A stretch of 64,000 nucleotides of DNA from Antedon mediterranea. Its lineage: Eukaryota; Animalia; Echinodermata. The DNA is taken from positions 10,349,812-10,413,811 of the forward strand of contig NC_092675.1 of NCBI RefSeq assembly GCF_964355755.1. Direction: 5' to 3'. How positions within the stretch are numbered: position 1 is the stretch's first letter; each line of letters starts with the position of its first letter. Under the pieces are notes generated by a model that saw only the letters and a list, made by a program, of their open reading frames with translations, did no database searches and was not told the DNA's origin. Positions 38,401 through 53,400 of this stretch are shown here, piece by piece. The position numbers and the translations under genes are program-made.

Positions 38401-41400
38401 AATGTACTCAACTTCCACATACAAATAAGTCTGGTTGGGATACAGTACTTTCTACTATCAGTTTTTGATGCAAGATGTTTGAAAGTTTAACACCCAATTG
38501 ATAATCAAAATATTTAAAATTAAATTAATTTATATTTTGTGACAAAAATAACGGTAAAGTTTGATTTAATTGTCATTAAATTCAGTTTAATTAATTCAGT
38601 CCGTTGGAAAATGATTTGTGTCCTTCTTGGAATTTATTTTATCATATTAAAGTGACATTGTCGATTTAAAGATGCATTGTCCCCAAAAAATATGAAAAAT
38701 AAAGATTTATAAAATCAGACTTTAAATTAACAAAGATAATAATGTTTTAACATAGAAAATAAAATAATGTTTTAACTTATAAAATGGCAAAATAAATAGT
38801 TTAATTTAACAAAAAACATAAAACACATTGGCTGGTAGCCAATTTGACATTTTTTTTTTTGGCTTTAAATTACAGTTTTTTTCAGGTAAATAATTTTCTT
38901 TTTTGATCAAATTTTTGGTCAAAGTGACACATATTCAACAAAAAACTTTAAAAAAATTATTTCTTCAGGGGGCAATTACATTTACAGTAGTGTATTATTT
39001 ATAAAACACATAAATACCATACTTTCTAAGAACTCTGTGAAAGTTGGCAATTTTGTAACACCAAAGTAGATAAAACTAAATAAAACATACTTTTCCTCGA
39101 CACTCCTCCTCCAAGGTTATGATCTAAATCAAAAGGATCCTCTATAGCAATTGAACGTGACGACCACAGCTTCTCAAACTTGGTTAGCAGTTTGAATTGA
39201 CGAATGCTCACCACATATCTTCTGAAATCAAATTCTTCAGTGTAGAAACGAAGCAGACCTAACCACAGTTCACCAACGGAGCACTTGTTCTTTCCATAGT
39301 CTTTCCACACAGATTTCTGTAGATTCAAGTCAAAAAACATATAACCATAATTATGTATGGTGAGTAAAATTTTCAAGATTTCCATTTTCATAACATTAAC
39401 TTTATATTCCAAAATTATTATATTAGCTAAACAATAACAGACTTTTAAACACATTTAGGAATGATTTGTTTTCCACAGTCTGTGGCTAAAACAACCCTAC
39501 CATGGGTCATGAACAAATGGCTGGTTCTCAATAGAAATACAAACAAGAAATATTTCTTACAAAAAACGCTGCTCACTTATTGAAAAATATTTTTTATTTC
39601 AACTGTTTTTGAATGTGTCATTTTATTGTCACATAATAGTTATTTTACCTGAAAAAAATGTAATTTAAAGCAACAAATACTTGTCTGTCAGACAATGGTT
39701 TTTGGGTTTCTTTTCTTTTTTTATATGTGAATAAATATTATTTTTTTGTTACAGAAGTGAATACTCAATTTCTGTCACTTTAGTTAATTTTATTGCTAAG
39801 GTCAAATCTGGGGGTCACTTCATCACCCAAGATATTTCAATTGTGAAGTATCCTATTACAAACACAAACTTTAATGGACTGTTTCGATAATAATTCAATG
39901 AATATCTGACAGAAATGCTTAGGGATTTGTAATTTTAGCATGACATGTCCTAATAGACTCTTTCTCAGACGTTTTTTGGGTCTACTGTAGCAGCTGGAAG
40001 AATCAATAAATCATAGTGGAGTTTCCATTTTCACAAAACTGTCTGTCCTTAGAACTATAACTGCTGCTTGCTTTAGCTTCTGATTGAGTAGTCCTAATGG
40101 GACGTAGCGGGCTAGAGCAGCAGCGTGATAAAATAAGCAAAAAGCTAAACAAAATGATAAAGTGAAACAGCCAGAAAAAATTATTTTCAGCTTTCATCAG
40201 TGCAAGTCAGAATATAATGCATAAATCGCTGCCTGAGTGATTCAAAGGTCAGAAATGGCATTTCTGGTCATTTTTTACTACCGTATATTTCGGTGCAAGT
40301 CGCACCTGTGTATAAGACGCACCCCCTAACTGAGAGTAAAATATCTGTATTTTTTATATCGCCGATGTATAAGATGCACTTTATATTTCATCAAAACAAT
40401 GTTTTTTTAAATTGTAATCAATATTATTTTGTAATAATATATTTTGTTATATCTACAACGGCGTCCTTTATTTAGGTTTTTTCTTACCTAGGCTCGGCCG
40501 CGCCCAGCCTCAACAACAAGTTCTTTCTAACTTGTTATTCATGAGTTTCGCACCCGCAACATCGAGTGCATGACTGTGTGTGTAACACGCACGTGTGTGG
40601 GCTAGCCTCGCTCAATCATTTCGAGAGGGCACACGTTTTCACGGACAATCGTATTCGATTAGTATCTGTGTATCCGAGAAGTGTGTACGCTAGGTCCATG
40701 CTATAATCAACTAGAGAATATACTAGTCGAATACCGTACACCATGTGGCCGACAAGAAGGGCTTGCGCTGGGGGTATGGCGGTCGGCGATCGGGCATATA
40801 ACTATAAATAAATACTATTCCAATCGTAAACGTTTACAAATTAAATTTTATCGGAGCGCCTAAAACAGCTCCATAATGAACAAATCTTTTCATCATATTT
40901 AGTATAACCTTGAAAACTAGGCAGAAGCCGGTTGCAGTTACGTTAGTACACTGTAGCTAGGCCTAGCCTACTCAGGCCTAGCCAACCAACGAGGTGACGA
41001 TATGTACAATCTGTGTGGTCAGTCATTTATGTTCGGTGTATAAGACGCACCCTTAATTTAGAGGTCAAATTTGCGTGTCAAAAGTGCGACTTATACACCG
41101 AAATATACGGTAAAATGTCCCATTAGACTGAATATAGGCCTAAAGGTATACCTTCTGATCAATTTGAAACCAAAATTACCTGTGACCAGTGGTTTTCAAG
41201 ATATAGGGACCTATTAGTGACCTTTTGCCACATTTTCAAAATGTGTAACCAAGCCAAAAATAACTATTTGGCCACTCTAAACCAATTTCTTTGGACCTGA
41301 AAGTGCATACGAAAGTTAATCTAGCTACTAGAGTAATAAATAAATATATAATAATTCCAAAGCCAACTTATTTTAAAAAAAATGATAATGCTGTTGCTAT

Positions 41401-44400
41401 CAGTGGCTGGATCTCAATACAAAAAAAAATACGCAAAAAGCTAAATCAACCAAAACAGCCAGAATGATATGAGATGTCAAACTTTCGGATTTGGTCAGAT
41501 ATTAGAACTGTAAATTGTAGAGTCCACTTACCAAATTCTTAATATCACTATAGTACCAAACATTCCTTTCATCAATAATCTTAACCTGTCGTTCACCCTT
41601 TGGATGTAACTATAAAATATACAAACAAAATATTATTTGATTAAAAACTCAATAATCATCATTTGTTATTATGACAACAATGAACAGAAGATAAGAACAA
41701 TATTATCAGATACATCATCATTATGCATATTTAAGCACAAGAACTTAACAAGTATTTAATACACATTGTTTTATTCCAATTTTTTGACTTTGCAGTTTTC
41801 ATGAATTCAGTAGAAAACGAGATAAAACATTAGGCGCAGGAGCCCCGGATAGCGTTACGTTTGAAAACCCCAAAAAGTGAGGTTTTCAACCATTAGCGGC
41901 ATGACTGATGTGAGTGATTAATGTGTTTTACGGACGGTTTCAAGGACTATCCTACCAGTGGGCTGTTCACTGGTCAAATGATTGACACTTTGTATCACCG
42001 TTTGTAACTGGAGCTGTGACGACCTTTGTAACTGGAGCTGTGACGACCTTGCAAGAATACTAGGCCAGAATTTTTAATTGAAAAGTGCCTTGGTATTAAC
42101 AATAACATGGAGATGGAAACAAATTTCTCTATCTTTCTTTCTAAAATAAATGGTCACTATAGTTTCAAACTAGGCTTAGTCCACCACATTAGTAATTACG
42201 AATCGAAACCTAAATTAAAATTGTTGTTATTCTTTGGCCGTTGTTTGATTAATTACATCTTCATGCCATGTTTTTTTTTCTCTAATGATTTGGCGATACG
42301 CTCCTATATTAATTAGGCCTACTAGCAGAGGGTTCGATGAGTTTTGAAAAGTTATGGAAATGTGGTCTAACATATAGCAATTCAGTTTTTTAAGGCCCTT
42401 CTTCCTTGTCCGAGCCTTTGGAAATATTAAAAAGTTATATTAATATAATATATTCTGTGTTTTCATGTTTTGAGAAATTGTATATCATTTCAGATGTTTC
42501 GCGCTGCGCTTTTATTTGTTTCGCGCTTCGTCTTGTTCGAGCTTCCTCCGTACATACCGATAATTAATATGATTTTTCATTTCATTTTTTGTACATTATT
42601 AAAAAATAGCATACAGAACCCCATACAGAACATACCCTTCTCTGAGAAAACACTTGTGGGCGATTCCCCGAATACGGCATGATGGAATAGCTTTGGAGAC
42701 TTTGACTTTGGAGTAGGCCTAAATCGAAACGTCAAGCAACTCAACAGTTCTTTTCAGAACTAATATAGGCCTACGTGGTGTACCGCAAATTTATATCAAC
42801 AAATATGTAACTTGTTTAGCACGTTTAAAATGGATAGCAAAACATATTTTTAAAAAAAACCCTGAATTATTTCAAACAGACAGCACATTAGTTCAAACGG
42901 ATAGCACAATAGATAGCTCAATCAAATGGATATAACTATGATATAACTGTACTGTGCATTCTATACGGATTATCGGGTAGCACATTCTTTCAAATGGATA
43001 GCACATTATTTCAAATGGATAGCACATTAGGTAGCACAATCAAATGGATATAGTACTGTACATTATTCTATGATTATCGGGTAGCACATTCTTTCAAATA
43101 GATAGCACATTAGGCCTATTTCAAATGGATAGCACATTCTTTCAAATGGATAGCACATTATTTCAAATGGATAGCACATTATTTCAAATGGATAGCACAT
43201 TGGGTAGCACAATCAAATAGATATAGTACTGTACATTAGTCTATAAGGATTATCGGGTAGCACATTATTTCAAATGGATAGCACATTAGGTAGCACAATC
43301 GAATGGATATAATTGTACTGTACATTATTCTATAGCCTACGGATTATCGGGTAGCACATTCTTTCAAATGGATAGCACATTAGGTAGCACAGTCAAATGG
43401 ATATAGTACTGTACATTATTCTATAAGGATTATCGGGTAGCACATTCTTTCAAATGGATAGCACATTAGGTAGCACAATCAAATGGATATAGTACTGTAC
43501 ATTATTCTATACGGATTATCGGGTAGCACATTCTTTCAAATGGATAGCACATTCTTTCAAATGGATAGCACATTGGGTAGCACAATCAAATGGATATAGT
43601 ACTGTTACTGTACATTATTCTATACGGATTATCGGGTAGCACATTCTTTCAAATGGATAGCACATTCTTTCAAATGGATAGCACATTATTTCAAATGGAT
43701 AGCACATTAGGTAGCACAATCAAATGAATATGTAATTGTACTGTACATTATTCTATACGGATTATCGGGTAGCACATTCTTTCAAATGGATAGCACATTA
43801 GGTAGCACAATCAAATGGATATAGTACTGTACATTATTCTATACGGATTATCGGGTAGCACATTCTTTCAAATGGATAGCACATTCTTTCAAATGGATAG
43901 CACATTGGGTAGCACAATCAAATGGATATAGTACTGTACTGTACATTATTCTATACGGACTATCGGGTAGCACATTCTTTCAAATGGATAGCACATTCTT
44001 TCAAATGGATAGCACATTATTTCAAATGGATAGCACATTAGGTAGCACAATCAAATGGATATATGTAATTGTACTGTACATTATTCTATACGGATTATCG
44101 GGTAGCACATTCTTTCAAATGGATAGCAAATTATTTCAAATGGATAGCAAATTATTTCAAATGGATAGCATGGATTTGGGTAGCACAATCAAATTGAGCA
44201 CATTGGGTAACATATTGCATCAAATGGGAGCCTACTGTACAGTTATTCTATTGAATTGAAATATATATTTATAATGGGTAACCTCTTCAATCAAAGACTG
44301 GTCTCCCAGAGGGCCCAGTTGGTGATCAGTGGCTGTGATAATACACCGGGGTAACCCCCCACTCGTCTCGAAAGATGTACTAGGTTCTTTAAAGTACACA

Positions 44401-47400
44401 CGAGCTAGATGTGTATTCTATTATCGGGTGTAGCACATTAAAATTGAGAGGATAAGATGGACATCATAATTTATTATTAAGGGGCAAAACAGCAAATCCT
44501 TACTGAGGGGACACTCCTATAAAGCAGACATTAAGGGGACGGGGAACATTTAAGCTCAGTGCCAATGTTCACTCAATATATTTTCCATCACAAAATAACA
44601 AAAAAGACGAAATATTTATATCCATTTATCGTTATTAAATAAAAATGGATATCATGATAATTATGATACTTTGTTTGTCTTGAAAGTTTTCATTGGTGAA
44701 ACGTTGCCTGCTACATTTTGAATTTCCGAGTCCAGATCAGTATTGGTATTCCGTGATCTATTCTAACTAATGAAACAATTTTTAGAAAATGATATATCTG
44801 ATAGATATCATCTAAGTGATGTTTTACATATAAGTTATAACGTTTAACTTTTCATTCTCCAGACATTCAATTCTTTTAATATAGTTTTTGTATAACACCA
44901 TATCAAGTAGTAGTAGAAATTATTGTAGGGTTTTCTTATTATTCAGTCAATTCAGTGTTTCTATACAGAAAAGAGTAGTCAGTGGCCTTAACATCAATTA
45001 ATTGTATAATTTGCACCCAAGGTCGAATAGCAAGAAACTCAGGTCCAGTTACATTGGTGTTCATTGGTCAATAGGAAATGAACAGCACACTTATGGGTGG
45101 TGACAAAGTTTAGTTATTGATAAGTTGTCCTTGGGAAAAACACATTAGTTGGGTTGACCATGGGCTGACAGAGTTAACGACTTCGTAACGCTATCCGGGG
45201 CTCCTGCGCCTAATGAATTAATTAGTTTAATATTGTAAAAGAAAGGCCAACATTTGTTAAGAAATCAGACTTGAAAAATAATATACTTACATGACTGAGG
45301 GTGGGTGTGGTGGGCTTTAGATCTTTAATGCTATTGTAGATATAGAGGAACAGCATTTTTTCTTAAGTGATCAAATGGCAGTGATGGTTTAATGATTATT
45401 TAACAAGAAATTGACCAATCAAAAAAAGGACAATCATCAATGTCCTTTTATTTCAGGTAGCAAGGTCATAACCGTCAGCTATGTCCTGTTACTAATACTA
45501 CTCACTATAACTATTTTTCTAGTATCATTTAAGAAAAAGCTTACCTCCTGTAGTACAGGTATGAGAGGTGGCTTGCACTGCTGTAGGTAGAACAACACCA
45601 TTAAAGTGTATGCATACGATGATAGACTACCTCTGGATGCATCTCCAATCATACATTTCTGAAAAAAAAATGCGATAATAATACTAAGTTACATACATAA
45701 TTCAAGGAATGAAATATACAGTCATGTTTTATTTCATTGCTTATATTATTCAAAAAGTTATTACTTTGAAAGAAGGACTTGGAATGATGTTTGTTGGCAA
45801 TATTTTATCACCTTTGGTTACAATGTTAACCATCACATATTGGAAAGGAAACACTTTGATGTAATTTTGAGCAATTCATCAAAGGCTTGTAACATAGCAT
45901 TTACCTTGGCAAAAGCTTTAATGGTGAATCCAAGTTGTTTAACTCTGGGATCAATGTCACTGTATGCCTTGATCATCAGTGTATTATGCTGTGCAAGAGT
46001 ATTATACAGACTAATGTCACCTTCCAGCTGGCTGTGCCGATGAACAAACTTCACAATAGGAACTTTGGCAGTTGTTATTGCAAAGATGTTGTAGAGGTCA
46101 CGTTTCTTCCTTAGGATATTTCCAAGATCCTCAATAATACATGGCACATTTAGTGTCTAAAAGAAAACATATGCTGCTAATTCAAGTGGATTAGAGATAT
46201 AGTACAGTACCGCCCAGAAAATCAAATCTCGCGCTAAACTGCATGTTTTTTTAAAGAATTGTTCTCAGATAGCACAGATCTTAAAATATGCATCCCCATG
46301 TATATGCATATTATGTGGGTGGTGTATGTGGAAATAAAATAAAAAATCTGCTTTCTATCTAGAACAAAAATAAAATAATGTTGATGGAGCCTTACAGAAG
46401 CATCTTCATGTGTATTCATGGTCATGCAGACATCCAGATCACTGCCTTGAAACCCAAAACCATTCCTCGATGACCCGAACAATGTTAGTTTTGCCTCTAT
46501 TTAACAAAATTCAATATCAAAAATTAAGAAAAGATTGGTTTATCTATTTGAACCAAAGAATACATAAACTAAATACAAAATACTGAAAATATAATTACTT
46601 AACCAACTAATTAATAGTTTTAAATGAAATACAAATAAATGAAAATTTCTAGGAAAATGAGAATGATGATTATAGGCACAATAAAAATGTCTATCAGACA
46701 TCTAACTTCTCCTGGACCTGAGGGAGTTTGCTTACAATTACAAACTAGATATGAAACTCGTCACTTTGACGAGTTAGTTATCCACTCGACAGACGCCACG
46801 TGCACGTCATATGTTAAAAACTATAATAAGAGGTGGTCATGTATTTTCGCCTTGTATTATAATTATACAGTATACTGTGTATACAAGGAGTCATTAATTC
46901 TACATGATACAGAGGGCGGCAAACAACAATTTGCTCACATCAGAGCCTATGCTGGTGTACATTGTACTACTGTATATTATATGACATATTAACTGAATTA
47001 TGGGATCTGCCTTTAATTCAAATATTTAACATGATGACGTCATAAAAAAAAACACAAAGATAGCAATTTCTGAAGAAAATTATCTCAGCAACAACATACT
47101 AACGTGTAGAAGAAATTTTAATACGTAAAATGTTGGTGCGCGCACATTTAAATGTGATGAACTTTGACGCAGACGATGAAAATTTGACCTTTTAATTAAA
47201 CTTGTCATATGATGACGTCACAACATCCGACATGATTTCGTATCTACAATCCAATAGCTTCCAGAAAACGTTTTAATCGTGATTATCCCATTTTATTCTT
47301 ACGAGCTATTACAGATTAAAATTTACTGTAAAGATGAAATTAATGACCCACGCAATTAAAATTTTTAGGCATGATGACGTTATAAAAATTAAAATATTGT

Positions 47401-50400
47401 TATCTCTCTACCTAGACAATATATAAATGTAGGAGAAAAAGGAATACAGATAAGCGTGATGTGCTCCATTTTTTAGTCTTATCGATGCATGATCCGATAT
47501 CTACAACCCATCAACTTCTAGATTTTGTAATAAAAATAAACGGTTCACGGTTTACTTTAGAAACTATGACTGAAAAAGACATTATTTTGACGATTTTTTA
47601 AGCTTTTTCATAAAAAACGCGCACGAATTGTCTAATTCAACATGTTCGTATGCCGTTATTTAAACTGGAAAAGGTCTAAATTGTTTTCAAAATTACTAGG
47701 AAAGGCTTGTAAAATATAATTCAAGAGAAAAAAATATGTTTTTAACGCTATGTGCGTACCGCGCGCGTAAAAAATTGCGCGCCCGTGGGAATTTTTGACA
47801 TAAATAAAATTGCGCTTAAGTCACGTTGCGCAACTATGACGTCATTCAAAAATAGGAGGTGCACAACTTCACGTAAATGCCCATATGCTGTAAAAGTTAT
47901 GAAATGTTATGTTTATACATTTTAGAGAAACGCAACTCACAAAAAGGAAGGAAGGAAAGAAAAACTAGACATGAAACTCGTCACTTTGACGAGTTAGTTA
48001 TCCACCCAACAAACGCCGCGTGCACGTCATACGTTGGAATATTGCACACAGAAAAAGATAATGGCATATTGACATGAACTGAAGAGTATGATATGTTGTT
48101 AGTACTGAATGCTGTATATTTTGTGTCATATACTATTTACAGTATCATAGTATAATCTGTATACATATTACATACAGTGTAGAATAAGTGAAATTACGGG
48201 TTCCGCCATTTATTCCAATTTTTAACATGGTGACAGTATCAAAATGAAACACTAATATAGCAATTTCGGAAGGAAATTATCTCAGCAACAACATATTAAC
48301 GTGTAGAAGAAATTTGAATACGTAAAATATAGATGCGCGCTCTTTTAAATGTGATGAACTATGAAGCAAAATATGAAAATACAACTTTTTTTTATTCAAC
48401 TGGCCATATGATGACGTCACAACATCTGATTAGCAAAATATTCACATGAATTCGTATCTACAATCCAATAGCTTCCAGAAAACGTTTTAAACATGATTAT
48501 TAGACATGATGACATCATAAAAATTAAAATATTTTTAACTCATACGAAAGATAGTTGATTAACGTAGACAATATTAAAATCTCGGGGGAAATGGAATACG
48601 TATAAGCGAGATGTGCTCTGTTGAATGTGATGAGCAATAACGAAAGAGACAAAAATCCTATATTTTACATTCGTGTGGCCATACGATGACGTCATAACAT
48701 CCGAGAGGTAAAAATTCAGCATGAATTCATATCTACAATTTATCTTCTTACATAATAAGTAGGTCACCGTTGATCCTGAAGAGCTATAATAGATTTAAAA
48801 TTGGCATTATTTTTACAATATTTTGTACCTTTTTTAACTAAAACGAGCGCAAATCTAAATCAATGTGTTCGTATGATGTCATTTCAATTTGAAATGATGT
48901 CAATCTTTTTTTAAATGACTAGGAAAGGCTGTAAAATCATAATACAAGAGAAAAAAACATGATTTTCGTACTCCATGCGCACCATACGCGTAAAATTTTT
49001 CGCGCGCGTGGGAATTTTTGTCATGCTCAAAATGTCATGATCAGCGTAGAAAGTTGATTAGAAATTAATTTTGCGCATTTTCAAACTTTAAATGCACGTG
49101 CGCGCGTAACTTCTTGTAAAACATGCCATTTTTAATCCATAGAAAGTTTGCTCTTGATATAACTTAAATTTTCACTAAGTGTCAATTCAAAATGTCAAAT
49201 ATAACAAAGTTTCCTGCACATCTACAGGTCAATCTTATGACAAAGTTATACAATCTTATGTTGACGAGGATGAGAGATATGCGTGCAACAAAATTCCGGG
49301 AAAGAAAGAAAAACAAAGAAGATGAAAAAAAAAAAAGATCTTTACAATAACAAGGGTTATCCACAATACCTTACGGTTGCGGATAACCAAAAAATATTGA
49401 TCCAATACAATAACAAGGAGTTATCCGCTCTACCAATTATACATATTATATATATATACCTGGATAGTTCCTCTTAATATGCGATTGTAAAGCATTAACG
49501 ATGTTGTCGCGGGATTTATGCTCTCCCTCTTTCAATTCAAATTGAACTACAAGATAAAAAAAATTAAATCAGATAATTTAGATTGCATGCTTTTCTATGC
49601 ACAAAAAAGCACAAGTTTAAGTTATACATTATGCATTTAAATTCATTTAAACGGGAAACAAGGGAATCAAGTTCCTTACACAACTTGAACATAGTGAAAA
49701 AATGACCTGTTCTTGTATGTTGAACATGTGTATTCACATAGACAGGACAAATGGCTTAAAATACAATTCGAAAAGATGGAGCAGACATAATTTAAACTCT
49801 TGCCACAAAAAACTAATAGTTAAAAGTAAAACTATTATATAGTTAATAGTGAGAGTGTATGGCGCATGATGTCATACACTTATGTCATACAGTTAATAGT
49901 GATATGTTGAACGTTGGACTACTAACTGTGAGTTTAAATACAACACGCGTCTCTCTTCTCCACCTAGGCGTATAAGTGGATAACAACTTTGCGCCGATTA
50001 CTAGCTGCATTATGGAAGTACGTTTCCATACGTGTTTGATCCAAAAAAATGACTGGTGTATAATGTGACGTGCTTAGAAGCATTGTGCAATAAGCGCTAT
50101 ATAATCACGAACAATATTATAACAAAATTCTATAAATGTTCACAATGACACTTACGCGTCTCTCTTCTCCACCTAGGCGTATAAGTGGATAACAACTTTG
50201 CGCCGATTACTAGCTGCATTATGGAAGTACGTTTCCATACGTGTTTGATCCAAAAAAATGACTGGTGTATAATGTGACGTGCTTAGAAGCATTGTGCAAT
50301 AAGCGCTATATAATCACGAACAATATTATAACAAAATTCTATAAATGTTCACAATGACACTTACGCGGTATCTGAGTGCATAACAAATCAATTCGCTTCA

Positions 50401-53400
50401 TAAACGACTTGTTCATACGAGGCAAGGTTTTCAAGTTTGGAAGATCATCATCAGGACAATTCTAGATTAAAAAATATAATATAATTAAAGCTGAATAAAA
50501 ATTTCATCTCAAATAATGGCTAAATATTTTAGCAACATTGATTTGTCTATACACAACCAGTAAAAATAGTTTAAAACTTGGTTTACACTATTAAACTAAT
50601 TTGACAAAAAAGTGTGATGTGCCCAAATACGGTAGTGATATCAATGTGTCCATATTTGGGGACATCACGTTTTTTTGTCACATAAACTTTGATAGTGTAG
50701 ACAGAGCTTAATGATTTTTAAGTCAAAGGCAAAATCCTGTTTTAAAGACTGATTTATAATGTTTTCAATTTCAGTTAAGTCATACTAACTATCTTAAGTG
50801 AAATTACCTTGATTGAATGACTATGCTTGTTACAGTGTGAGCAATACACCTGCACTTTTTCACCATTAGTAAGTTTTGCTACGTCAAATGAAAACTCTAA
50901 AGGTTGCCTATCTATTGAATCCTTTGTAGCATTTTTGACATGATTGTCAATTTCATCTGACTGTTTGAAAGAAGCCTCTTGTCTCTCATCTGGAGTAGTG
51001 CCTCCTTCTGCTTTCCTTCTGGCTGCTTCTTCTGCTTCATAAATTTTAACAGCTCTTTCTATAATCTCACGTCCAAACTGCTTTATCTCTTCAGGTATGT
51101 CGTCTTTTGCAGACATGTTTGCACCTTTTGGTAACGCTGTCTTTTCAGACATACTTGTTTCAGGTTTAGATGGTGCCTTTTCAGACAAACTTGTTTCATG
51201 TATAGATGGTGCCTTTTCAGACAAACTTGTTTCAGGTATAGATGGTGCCTTTTCAGACGTACTGGTTTCTGGTTTAGATGGTGCCTTTTCAGACATACTT
51301 GTTTCAGGTTTAGATGGTGCCTTTTCAGACATATTTGTTTCAGGTTTAGATGGTGCCTTTTCAGACATACTTGTTTCAGGTTTAGATGTTACCTTTTCAG
51401 ACATACTTGTTTCAGGTTTAGATAGTGCCTTTTCAGACATACTTGTTTCAGGTTTAGATGGTGCCTTTTCAGACGTACTTGTTTCAGGTTTAGATGGTGC
51501 CTTTTCAGACATACTTGTTTCAGGTTTAGATGTCAGTAAGTCTTTTGCTTTTACTGCTTGTTCCTTTATTGCAGATGTTTTTGTTTTCGACTCCTTTGGT
51601 TCGCCATATTGAGGTGTTGCAAAATACAGAAAAGCCGACTTGAATCTGTCCATGACATATTTAAAGATGGACGGCGATGCCAGGCTTTTTGCAACATTCC
51701 GTTTACCTGTATTGTATGGATCTGGCAAAAAATGAAAATATGTTCACTCTTTATATAACAACATATTATATTAATTTCTTTATAATTAGTGTTTTCTATC
51801 TGCTTACTCTCCACTTCATCACGTATTGCCTGTCTTTTACAGTACTCTCATTATCCTTGATAAAGAAATAGTATTGTTTGACATGAATATCAAAATGTTT
51901 ATTTCTTAAATAATTGAGAATGGCCTACTTTACCCACATAAATTGTTGTAGGTTATTTGTTTGGATTATAAATGTTTCATAATACCAGTAAAAATTATTG
52001 TAATTTCAGTCATGCTTTGTCATATTTGCGTTAGACAATTTACAACATTAGGAGGATAAAAATTACGGATAAAAGCCTAATTTTTCATGTTACATCCTAG
52101 ATTTTGCATGACGCAACATCAAGAAATGATCTCTACAATATATTCTGAATCCACTGTATAAGTTTCCATAGGGTACGAGCTTAGAGTGAGGGTGATTGAA
52201 CCATTACCTTCTATTGCAAGACGTTTTTTGGATATTCGCATCTCCTCTCTTGTGATTGACTCTGACTTTCTTATTGAAATAACTTCCTCTTCGATAGGAT
52301 ACTCAATACTATAGAACTTTAGCATTCCAAGCCATAATTCTCCTAAACTTTGGGTATTTGCCGTCTTGAAAGTGTCAAACTACACAGAAACAATAATAAA
52401 ATATTAGTAAGTCTGCCCCGCAAAATATGAAAAATTAAGATTTATTTAATCAGACTTTGAATAGGTTATATTATTTATAATTTATTTTTAAGTTATAAAA
52501 AAATAAATAATGACAAATGATAAAACAAATGATTAACAGTAATAGTAACACTATTTACTAAAAATGATGACATCATCGGTCAGTTTATGCGTACGTAAAA
52601 TCCAGGGAACGTAAAACATAAGTTCTACTGTATTAGGCCGCAGAAGGTGTGCCCAATGCTGCATTGGATTACAAATAATTAGGGCAAAAATTAGGTTAAA
52701 TAAAATGAAAAAAAAATGTGAAGTATTTGTTTTGTTTGTTTTATCTTTATACTGGTTGACCTCTTCAGTCAAAGACTGATCTCCCAGAGGGCCCAGTTGG
52801 TGATCAGTGGCTGTGATGTACTAATACACCGGGGTAACCCCCTACTCGTCTCGAAAGATGTACTAGGTTCTTTAAAGTGCACACGAGCAAGTTGTGTACA
52901 CTGGACCTACGGTTTATAGTCCTTATCCGAGAAGACTCGTTCTACCACCAGAACCATGGAGTGAGTGAGCCTCGAACCCCTGCCGATGTTATGGCTACGT
53001 GATTACGGTTCCACTGTCTTAACCGCTCGGCCACTCACTCACTCTTTGCATCTGGTAGCTAAATTAAAACAGCCTATTGGCACAGTACTCATTGCTTCTT
53101 TGGGCTCAAATCTAGACTATCCCTACCAGCACAAGTAAAGTATAATGCGATTGAAGTATTGTTTTAAATAGTAACACAAAGGGGTCTTAATCAGACTCAC
53201 CTCATTAAGAAAGGGAAGTACAGGGTTGTCCAGTTGTTGCAAGTAAAAGATTGTCATGAGGGTAAATGAGTACGATGGTATACTGCCATCACTCTGGACA
53301 TCTATCTTGCAGAGACGGGCTAGTTTACGAAAACTGATTGCAAGTGGTTTGACACGACTGTCAAACTCACTATACTTTAACAGTAGTTTGTTGGTATTGT

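Larger units (their letters stand above)
41828..45215. mobile_element. 3.4-kb non-autonomous TIR element carrying a satellite
   Basis: Perfect 32-bp inverted ends CATTAGGCGCAGGAGCCCCGGATAGCGTTACG; exact terminus/TSD ambiguous (may be TA-flanked GGCGC...GCGCC). Confidence 0.85.

Noticed and set aside
42870-44200. Repeat/spacer-like pattern suggesting a CRISPR array
   Set aside because: Intervening segments are themselves repeated, no cas genes, eukaryotic intron; it is a minisatellite (ORF 43984-44259 is a by-product).
51097-51612. Plus-strand 171-aa repeat ORF
   Set aside because: Antisense shadow of the TUT coding minisatellite.
52955-53044. tRNA gene
   Set aside because: A/B boxes present but no clean cloverleaf; continues into a repeated body with A-rich tail, so it is a SINE head.
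53045-53130. Extra small TUT exon between exons 6 and 7
   Set aside because: No AG/GT-bounded phase 0-0 open segment that I could support; exons 6 and 7 already join in frame.
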